Assembly (NCBI GenBank): GCA_965228735.1
Contig: OZ245838.1
Span: forward strand, 1,536,001-1,600,000
DNA: 64,000 nt
Origin: Planctomycetota bacterium
GTDB lineage: Bacteria; Planctomycetota; UBA1135; UBA2386
Direction: 5' to 3'
The notes under the pieces were generated by a model, which was not told where the DNA came from, did no database searches, and saw only the letters and a program-made list of their open reading frames with translations. Positions within the stretch are counted from its first letter, which is position 1; every line of letters starts with the position of its first letter. Made by a program: the position numbers and the translations under genes. Of this stretch, positions 56,609 to 64,000 are shown in pieces.

Positions 56609-58468
56609 TCACGCACGCGCCAGCACGTCGAGCACGAGCAACGCCATCGCGGTGCCGTAGGACCGGGCCAGTTCGTGGCTGTCGACGAAGCAGCCGTCGA
56701 ACTCGGGCAGCGCCAGCACGAGGTCGCGGATCGCCGCACACGTCCGCGCCTTCTGCTCGGCGTCGGCCAATCGCACGGCAGCCTCGGCGCGCCCGAGCAT
56801 GTCGAACCAGAAGAAGAACCCGCCGTAGCCGTAGCGATCGGCGTGGTTGTCGTACTTGCGGACCGCGGCGAGCAGCGCGTGATGCTCTTGCCCCGCGGCG
56901 ACGGCCGCCGCGAGCTTGTCGTCGTCGCTCGCGCCGAACAGGAACAGCGCCAGCTCGCAGAGCGGCATGCGTCCCGCCGCGCCCTGCAGCGACGCGCGCG
57001 CCTTGCGACCCGGCCGGGTGTCGCCGTAGGTGAACGCACCCTCCTCGGTCCGGTTCTTGACCAGCGACGCGAGCCCGCGCTGGATCCGCTCGTCGTCCAC
57101 CTCGCAACCGATCGCGCGCGCGTCGTGCAACGCCTGCAGCGCCGTCGCGGTCGCGAACGGGTTGCGATACTCGTGGAACCACGAGCCGGTCTCCGGCTGC
57201 ATCGCGAGCAACGCACCGGCGCCGCGCTGCAGGTGCGGGACGACGGCGTCGCGATCCGCATCGCGCCGGGCGGCCCACGCCGCGAGGAAGCGGACCGCGT
57301 AGGCCCGCGCCCAGACGAGCTCGTCCGAGTCCGACAACGCCAGCCACTGCGCGGACTCCGCCTGCCCGCGAATGCGATCGAGCATGCCGTGCAGCCGCTT
57401 CGTCGTCGCGCCGTCGAGCTCGAGGTCGCCCGCCGCCCGACGATCGTCCGCGGCGAGCAAGGCCATGCCGACGAGACACGTCGTCGCGGCGTAGACGTTC
57501 GGCAGGCTGTCCGTGCCGCCGAAGTCGTAGGTGCTGTCGCGCACGACGCCGCGGCCATCGTCCATCGCGAGCAGGAAGCGCACGGAACGCTGCCACAGCT
57601 CCGACTCGTCGTAGACGCCGGCGGGCGCGCGCGTGCCGTCGGTCGGGTCCTGCGCGAACACCTCGGGCGGCACGTCGAGGTAGTCCTCGAACCCGTGCAC
57701 GAACGGGCCATGCCCCTCCGCTTCGAGCATCGCCTTCCAGCTCAGTGGCTCTTCGGGATACCGCGCCGCGGTCTCGCGCCACAGGGTTCGCGCCGCGTCC
57801 GGACGGCCGGTCCGGAACAACGCCGCGCCCTGCAGCCAACCGAGCTCGCTCCCGACGGCGGGCGCCGGGTCCGCGGCGAGCAACGGCCCGGCGTCCTCGA
57901 TCACCTGCGCGAGCGCACCGCGACCGTACGCGCCCCACAGATCCTGCAGCGCGGGCGCACCGGGAAAGCCCGCCTCGGTCTTGCCGACGTGGCGCCGCAG
58001 CGGCGCCTCGAACCACTGCGGATGGAACGTCGTGAGCTGGTCGACGCGCAGCTGCACTTCTCCCGCGCCATCGAGCACGAGGTAGCCCGGCTCGATGAAG
58101 CTTTGGCGCACGAGCTCGTACCGCTTCTGCAGTTCGCCGCGCGGCACCTCCCGGACCGGAATGAACTCGCGTTCGAGCAGCGCGATCGTCGACGGCCACG
58201 AGAACGGCCCGCCGAGCAGGTAGCGCTCGATCACCACCTTGCGATCCATCGGCGACCGCGCGACCGTCGGCACGAACCAGAACACGGGCTTGTTCGTGCG
58301 CTTGCTCTCGGCGATCGCGGTCTCGACGTCGTCGCGCCACGCGATCGCGGTGCCGACCTTGGCGGCGAGCGGCCCCGGCGCGGGGCGTTCCTTCCGCGTC
58401 GAGTTCTGCGCGAGCGCGGTCGCGGTCAGCAGCAACGCGAGGGAGACGACGATCGACGAGCGGCGCAT
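56609..58468 (-). CDS. Secreted protein: thioredoxin-like, TPR-like and alpha/alpha-toroid (prenyltransferase/squalene-cyclase-like) domains
   Basis: Signal peptide; IAWRDDVETAIAESKRTNKPV; LLAMQPETGSW, EEGAFTYG, PEFDGCF repeats. Confidence 0.7.
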   Translation of the reverse strand: MRRSSIVVSLALLLTATALAQNSTRKERPAPGPLAAKVGTAIAWRDDVETAIAESKRTNKPVFWFVPTVARSPMDRKVVIERYLLGGPFSWPSTIALLEREFIPVREVPRGELQKRYELVRQSFIEPGYLVLDGAGEVQLRVDQLTTFHPQWFEAPLRRHVGKTEAGFPGAPALQDLWGAYGRGALAQVIEDAGPLLAADPAPAVGSELGWLQGAALFRTGRPDAARTLWRETAARYPEEPLSWKAMLEAEGHGPFVHGFEDYLDVPPEVFAQDPTDGTRAPAGVYDESELWQRSVRFLLAMDDGRGVVRDSTYDFGGTDSLPNVYAATTCLVGMALLAADDRRAAGDLELDGATTKRLHGMLDRIRGQAESAQWLALSDSDELVWARAYAVRFLAAWAARRDADRDAVVPHLQRGAGALLAMQPETGSWFHEYRNPFATATALQALHDARAIGCEVDDERIQRGLASLVKNRTEEGAFTYGDTRPGRKARASLQGAAGRMPLCELALFLFGASDDDKLAAAVAAGQEHHALLAAVRKYDNHADRYGYGGFFFWFDMLGRAEAAVRLADAEQKARTCAAIRDLVLALPEFDGCFVDSHELARSYGTAMALLVLDVLARA

Positions 58469-58554
58469 GGTCGCAGCGTGCCGGGACGCGGCCGAGCGGT
58501 CAAAGGGGAAGCCACCCCCGCGGCCATCGCCGTGCTATCCTCGACGGTCGACGC

Positions 58555-59787
58555 ATGCTGCTTCCCGTCACAGCCGCCGGCGTGTTCGCAATCGCGAGCC
58601 TGGCCGCGCAGGGCACCGTGCCACCGTACGCGCTCGGACAGACGACCTCGATCGCGGGCCTCAACGCCTGGGCCCCGGGCGTGCAGGTGCGGCACGTCCA
58701 CTTCGTCCACCTGCCGGGCGATCCGCCCGAGGTGTTCTACGGCGTGGCCAACGTGCGCAACCTGTCGACCGCGCTCGGCGGCGTCGGCAACTGGGATTTC
58801 GTCGCCGGCCGCTACGACGTCTTGACCGACACGTTCTCGCCCACGCTCGAGGCCGCGCCGCTGAACCAGTTCGAGGCGGACCTCAACCTCACGCTGCACC
58901 ACTCGGGACGCCACGCGGTCTTCGGTCGCGAGACCGGCCCGCTGGCGCGCACGATGTGGCTCGCGACGCGCCCGGCGATCGGCCAGCCCTGGCAGGTCGT
59001 CGGCCCGATCCAGAGCGCGTGGGCCTCGTCGGCGCCGCACTCCCGCCATCCCGCGCTCGTCGACGACGGCGGGCAGCCGGTCCTGCTGCATACGCACGGC
59101 GGCCGCGTCGCGCGGTCGCCGATCGACCTCGCCGTCGCGCGACTCACCGCGCCGCCGACGATCGTCGCCAACCCGACCGGCAACGTGTTCGCGGAGGCGC
59201 CGTTCCCGGTCACCGCGCCGAACGGCGAACTCATCGGCTTCGCGCTCGGCGAACGCAGCAGCTTCAACATCGGCTCGATCGACCTGCGGCTCGCGCTCGA
59301 CCTCGATCCGAGCACACCGTCGACGCTCGTGCACCACGGCAACGGCGGCAGCCTGCCGGGCGGTCACATCGGCGGCCGCTTCTTCGCGGGCCAGGAACAG
59401 AGCGGCGTGCCGTCGCTGCACGCGATCGAAACCTGCTGGTTCACGGGCGGCCGTGCACCGATCGGCGGCACGCTCGTCGTGCGGATGTATTCACCGCCGA
59501 CCGCCGGCCCGAAGCTGTACCTGACCGCGTTCGTCGCGAGCTCGCACTTCCTCGCGACCGGCGTTCCGATGCCGCCGCTGCAGGGCCTCGTCGGCGTCGA
59601 GCCGGCCAGCGCGTGGACCAGCCCGCTCTTCGTGCACGACAACCGCAACGGCGAGGCGCAGGCGAGCTTCGCCATCCCGAACGTCGCGGCGCTGAGCGGC
59701 GCCCGCCTGCCGGCGCAGTGCGCGACGATCGAAGCGACGACCGGAGCGCTCTACCTCGGCAACACCGCCTGGCTGCGCGTCGACTGA
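58555..59787 (+). CDS. Secreted hypothetical protein
   Basis: Signal peptide ending LAAQ; C-terminal IPNVAALSG..AQ...GN motif. Confidence 0.75.
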   Translation: MLLPVTAAGVFAIASLAAQGTVPPYALGQTTSIAGLNAWAPGVQVRHVHFVHLPGDPPEVFYGVANVRNLSTALGGVGNWDFVAGRYDVLTDTFSPTLEAAPLNQFEADLNLTLHHSGRHAVFGRETGPLARTMWLATRPAIGQPWQVVGPIQSAWASSAPHSRHPALVDDGGQPVLLHTHGGRVARSPIDLAVARLTAPPTIVANPTGNVFAEAPFPVTAPNGELIGFALGERSSFNIGSIDLRLALDLDPSTPSTLVHHGNGGSLPGGHIGGRFFAGQEQSGVPSLHAIETCWFTGGRAPIGGTLVVRMYSPPTAGPKLYLTAFVASSHFLATGVPMPPLQGLVGVEPASAWTSPLFVHDNRNGEAQASFAIPNVAALSGARLPAQCATIEATTGALYLGNTAWLRVD

Positions 59788-60806
59788 GTTGCGTCCTCGC
59801 GGCGCGTCGTCGGTTCGGACTGCGGCGCGCGCGTGGTCGGCAGGTCCGGCCACAGCCTGGCCATGAGCCAGGCGGTCGCCCATTGGCGCGCACCCGGTGA
59901 CAGCCAACCCGCAACGCGAACGCCGCCGGTTGCGGTCGCGATGACGATCCCGGGCGAGAGATGGCGGGAACGGCGCGCCACGTCGGTCGCGCTGGCACCC
60001 GTTCGGTCGCGGACCGATTCGGCCTGGCCGCGCTGCGACCGCACCCGCTCGATGGACTGGATCGGGATGCATCGCGAACCGAGCGGCAGCGCGAAACAGG
60101 AGCCAGCGACGCGCAGCTCGCCGTCAGAAAGCGTCAGCACGGCGCGCCGCCCGGTCCAGCTCCGCAACGTCATGACCTCACCGAGCAGCGGGTCGGGCTG
60201 CACGTCGACGCCACGCGGCGCCGGGGTCGCCGGCGCGGGCGGTCGTTCGGTCGGCGGGCCGCCGAGCTGGCCGGGCAGGCGCAGCTCGGGCCGTTCGCCC
60301 GTGCAGTCGAGGAACGCGATCTCGGCGGCCTCGCACAGTCGCCGCACCCACGCGCGCGCGCGGCGTTCGCTCTGGAACGACCGCAGCCGCCAGCGCTCGG
60401 GCACCGTGCCCGGGGCGAAGCGCAGGCCGACGTCGAGCTGCAACCGCCGGATCGCCTCCTTCTGCAGCGCGCCCGCGACGACGTCCGCGTCGAGCTCGAC
60501 GGCGAGGAGGTCGGCCCGCGGGTGGGAGCGCTCGCGCCACCGCAGCCCCCACCCCGGCCGCTTGCGCCACACGACCCGTTCGGGACCGATCGCGATCTCG
60601 ACGCGTTGGCGCAGCGCGACGAGGGCCCCGAGCGCGAGCAGGACGCCGAGCGCGACCGCGAGCCGCGGCCCGCCCGCAAACCCGATCAGCAGCGCCGTGT
60701 GGATCGCCCAAGACGACAGCAGAACCGCGAGCCCGAGCAGAACCCAGCGCAGCGGCGGCCGATGCCGCAGCAGCACGTGACCCGGTTCGGTGACCCGCAG
60801 GTTCAT
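59751..60806 (-). CDS. Hypothetical membrane protein (2 TM plus PH-like domains)
   Basis: From MNLRVTEP; two hydrophobic helices followed by beta-rich segments. Confidence 0.6.
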   Translation of the reverse strand: MNLRVTEPGHVLLRHRPPLRWVLLGLAVLLSSWAIHTALLIGFAGGPRLAVALGVLLALGALVALRQRVEIAIGPERVVWRKRPGWGLRWRERSHPRADLLAVELDADVVAGALQKEAIRRLQLDVGLRFAPGTVPERWRLRSFQSERRARAWVRRLCEAAEIAFLDCTGERPELRLPGQLGGPPTERPPAPATPAPRGVDVQPDPLLGEVMTLRSWTGRRAVLTLSDGELRVAGSCFALPLGSRCIPIQSIERVRSQRGQAESVRDRTGASATDVARRSRHLSPGIVIATATGGVRVAGWLSPGARQWATAWLMARLWPDLPTTRAPQSEPTTRREDATQSTRSQAVLPR

Positions 60807-60897
60807 CCCACTGCATCGGCAGCAGCCGGTCCGCGACCGCACCGGAATCTGGCCGTTGCCGCGCGCAAACCCAAGCCGCTGCCCGTATAGAACGGCC

Positions 60898-63009
60898 ATG
60901 GCACCCCGTCTGATTCTCACCTTCCTCGCCGCTGTCTGCCTCCTGCCCGACGAGGGGCAGTGGCTGCCCACCCAGGTCCGCGACATGGACTGGGCCGCGC
61001 TGCAGAAGCGCGGCATGAAGCTCGAACGCGACGAGTTCTGGCATCCGGAGAACGGCGGCGTGCTGTCGGCCACGGTCCAGATCAACGGCTGCACCGCGTC
61101 GTTCTGTTCGCCGAAGGGCCTGCTCGTCACCAACCACCACTGCGGCTTCAGCGCCGTCACGGCGCTCAGCACACCCGAGCAGAACCACCTCGAGAACGGT
61201 TTCGGCGCCCAGACGATGGCCGAAGAACTGCCGGCCCCGGGCGTCACGGCGTTCGTGCTGAAGCGCATCGAGGACGTGACCGCGAAGGTGCACGCAGCAC
61301 AGCAGAAGGCGACGAGTGACCTCGAGCGCTGGTCGATCACGCAGGAAACGATCGCGGCTCTGGTCGAGGAAGGGCAGGCGAGCGAGCCCAACACCGAGTG
61401 CTCGGTCGCGAGCTTCCTCGAGGGCAAGGAGTATCACCTCTACTATCGCACCAAGCTCACGGACGTCCGCCTCGTCTACGCGCCGCCGCGGGCGATCGGC
61501 GAGTACGGCGGCGAGATCGACAACTGGGAGTGGCCGCGGCACACCGGCGACTTCACGTTCTTCCGCGCCTACGTCGGACCCGACGGGACGGCGCGCGACT
61601 ACGCCGACGACAACGTGCCGTTCGAGCCGAAGCACTACCTGAAGGTCTCGACCGAAGGCAGCGTCGAGGGTGACCTCGCGATCATCATGGGCTACCCCGG
61701 CAGCACACAGCGCTACGAGTCGAGCCGCGCCGTCGCGTTGCAGGAGAGCTATGTGTTCCCCAAGCGCGACATCGTGCTCACCCACGCGATCGACGCACTC
61801 GAGGCCGCGAGCGCGGCGAGCGAGGAGATGAAGCTGGCCTACGTCGATCGCATCAAGAGCCTCGCGAACATCGAGAAGAACGCCCGCGGCATGATCTTCG
61901 GGCTGAAGAACAACGCGACCGTCGCGCGCAAGCTGCGCGAGGAGAAGCAGCTCCGCGAGTGGATCGCGAGCAACGCCGACCGGCAGCAGCAGTTCGGCTC
62001 CGTGCTCGACGAACTGCTCGCGATGGACGAGGAGCAGGCGCGCACGATCGAGCTGGAGACGATGATGTGGTTCACCCTCGTCATCGGCCGCGAGGCGCCG
62101 CTCCTCCAGGTCCTCATGCAGGCGTGCGGCGCGGCCGAGGCCGGCGGGCGCATGGCGGGCCTCGCGCAGGCGCTGGGCGGTCCGCGCTTCGACCAGCACT
62201 GGGACTCCGTGCAGCAGCCGATCCTCGCGGTGCTCATCGATGAGTACGCGGCGATGTCAAAGGCGCAGCGGATCCCGGGGCTCGAGTTCCTCAACGAAGG
62301 TGACTACGCCGAGGCGCCGAGCAAGACGCTGTTCGATCGGACCCGGATGACCGATCCCGAGGCGCGCGCGGAGCTGTTCGGCAAGGGCGCCGAGGCCGTG
62401 CTCGCGAGCGACGACCCGATGATCAAGCTCGCGCGGGCACTCGCGAAGGAACGCGTGCAGTTCTTCGCGCGCCGCCGCGAACGCAGCGGCAAGATGCTCG
62501 ACGTCGGGCGACGTTGGATCGCCGCGCAGGAAGCGTTCCGCGGCCAGAGCTTCTACCCCGACGCGAACAGCACGCTGCGGGTGTCGATCGCCGAGGTCAA
62601 GGGCTACGTGCCGCGCGACGGGGTGCAGTACACGCCCCACACCACGGTCGCGGGGCTGATCGCGAAACACACCGACAGCAGCCCGTTCGATGCGCCCGAC
62701 GCGCTCCTGACCGCGGCCGAACGGCGGATGGACAGCCGCTGGATCGACGCTCGCATCGGCGACGTGCCGGTCTGCTTCCTCACCAACGGTGACACGACCG
62801 GCGGCAACTCGGGCTCGCCCGTGATCGACGGCCAGGGCCGGCTCATCGGGCTGAACTTCGACCGCGTGTTCGAAGCCGTCGCGGGCGACTTCGGCTGGCA
62901 TCCGGCGCGCTCGCGCAACGTCGTCGTCGACATCCGCTACGCGCTCTGGGTCATGGACGAGGTCTTCCCGTGCAACCGGGTGCTCGAGGAGATGGGCTGC
63001 GGCAGGTAG
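60898..63009 (+). CDS. S46 family dipeptidyl peptidase
   Basis: DEGQWLP, GCTASF, TNHHC, WPRHTGDF, TGGNSGSPV. Start ATG 60898. Confidence 0.95.
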   Translation: MAPRLILTFLAAVCLLPDEGQWLPTQVRDMDWAALQKRGMKLERDEFWHPENGGVLSATVQINGCTASFCSPKGLLVTNHHCGFSAVTALSTPEQNHLENGFGAQTMAEELPAPGVTAFVLKRIEDVTAKVHAAQQKATSDLERWSITQETIAALVEEGQASEPNTECSVASFLEGKEYHLYYRTKLTDVRLVYAPPRAIGEYGGEIDNWEWPRHTGDFTFFRAYVGPDGTARDYADDNVPFEPKHYLKVSTEGSVEGDLAIIMGYPGSTQRYESSRAVALQESYVFPKRDIVLTHAIDALEAASAASEEMKLAYVDRIKSLANIEKNARGMIFGLKNNATVARKLREEKQLREWIASNADRQQQFGSVLDELLAMDEEQARTIELETMMWFTLVIGREAPLLQVLMQACGAAEAGGRMAGLAQALGGPRFDQHWDSVQQPILAVLIDEYAAMSKAQRIPGLEFLNEGDYAEAPSKTLFDRTRMTDPEARAELFGKGAEAVLASDDPMIKLARALAKERVQFFARRRERSGKMLDVGRRWIAAQEAFRGQSFYPDANSTLRVSIAEVKGYVPRDGVQYTPHTTVAGLIAKHTDSSPFDAPDALLTAAERRMDSRWIDARIGDVPVCFLTNGDTTGGNSGSPVIDGQGRLIGLNFDRVFEAVAGDFGWHPARSRNVVVDIRYALWVMDEVFPCNRVLEEMGCGR

Positions 63010-63039
63010 TCGTGGCGGCGGGCGTTGCCCGGCCGAGGA

Positions 63040-63999
63040 TCAGCCGAGCCGCAGCCACTGGCCCGCGACCATCACCGCGGTCACGACGACGCAGATCGCG
63101 GAGGCGGCGAGGCCGGCGCGGCGCAGGTTCTTCATCTGCCACCACATCAGCAGGCCGCTGCCGGCCCAGGCGACCATCGCGATCGCCATGCCGTCGACCA
63201 TGAGCGCCCACCAGAACCGCGCGCCGAAGTCGTCAGCCGGATAGCCGTGCGCCGTGTGCAGGCGCAACAGGAAGGAGCGCATGCTGCGTCGCACTGCGGG
63301 CGCCGCGGTCGGCTCGACGTCGAGCGAGCCGTCGCGCAGGTCGTAGCTGGCGTCGTAGGCCGCGCCGCTGTCGTCCAACAGGCCGAACTCCACGCACGGC
63401 GCCGAACGCACCTGCCATTCCGCGGTCCTGCCGCCGGGCAGCGCAACCGCATCGGCTGCGGCCGACAAGCTCGCGAGCTCGGCCCGGCCGATGTCAAGTT
63501 CGAGTTCCTCCGTCCGCGCGAGGTCGCGCGCATCGCGGCGCGGCTGCGTGCCGCGTGCGAACACGCGGGCGTCGCCGTTCGGCCGGTCGATGACGACCGA
63601 GTAGCGCGTGCCATCGACCGAGGCCTGCAAGAGTGATCGCCCGGTGAACCGGGCATCGACGGCGGGGTCGAGCTGCCAGCCGGAATCACCCAGCCCATCG
63701 CCGACCGCGGCGACGATCGCATTCACGGCCGGCAGCGCCCGGCGGCCGGCTGCGTCCAACTCGGCGGCCGGGACCGTGCGCACCGAGCTGTCCGACCACA
63801 CCGTCGGGTGGTTGAACAGGAAGGCCGTCACCCCGTAGAGCACGACGAACGGCACGAGCGCGAGTCCGCTGTAGAGGTGGCACCGCCGCACGAACTTCAG
63901 CGCCCGGTTCCACGCCTTGCGAGCCCGACCCGTCCCGCTGCCCGCCAGGCCCTGCCGACGCACGAGCCGCGCGCCGAGCGGCCGCGAATCCCGCGGCGC
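63040..63999 (-). CDS. PepSY-associated TM helix domain protein (5' end possibly outside the window)
   Basis: RRCHLYSGL...YGVTAFLFNHP, LLRLHTAHGY, SGLLMWW; frame is open to the window edge. Confidence 0.82.
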   Translation of the reverse strand, partial: APRDSRPLGARLVRRQGLAGSGTGRARKAWNRALKFVRRCHLYSGLALVPFVVLYGVTAFLFNHPTVWSDSSVRTVPAAELDAAGRRALPAVNAIVAAVGDGLGDSGWQLDPAVDARFTGRSLLQASVDGTRYSVVIDRPNGDARVFARGTQPRRDARDLARTEELELDIGRAELASLSAAADAVALPGGRTAEWQVRSAPCVEFGLLDDSGAAYDASYDLRDGSLDVEPTAAPAVRRSMRSFLLRLHTAHGYPADDFGARFWWALMVDGMAIAMVAWAGSGLLMWWQMKNLRRAGLAASAICVVVTAVMVAGQWLRLG

Positions 64000-64000
64000 C

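Overview
High-GC (roughly 70% by eye), gene-dense bacterial chromosome segment. The gene set points to a Planctomycetota genome (inference): HEAT+VWA protein, carboxypeptidase-regulatory-like proteins, HTH-acidic-TM protein, lysS-lolCDE and nfeD-floA. It holds about 48 CDS. Core genes: dnaG-rpoD-C4 Zn-ribbon-selB, pilT, rsmA, miaE, an Fpg/Nei glycosylase, trmB, lysS, lolC/D/E, floA, M28 and S46 peptidases, and a hybrid histidine kinase. Many other genes encode secreted or membrane proteins of unknown function. I found no transposase, integrase, prophage, CRISPR array, rRNA or convincing tRNA. Best leads: (1) a SelB with no selA/C/D nearby, altered in both its aminoacyl pocket and its SECIS-reading wing; (2) a promoter-led, structured ~170-nt region upstream of dnaG (6S RNA or leader candidate); (3) the rpoD 3' intergenic region, with a perfect 22-bp palindrome, REP-like mini-hairpins and a 132-nt tract containing no T; (4) a PATAN/DUF4388 protein with a tandem MshEN-like motif next to pilT; (5) a MITE-like inverted repeat and a 34-bp duplication upstream of trmB; (6) a double-NfeD fusion. 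Family calls come from motif recognition by eye, not database searches, and several start codons are my estimates.
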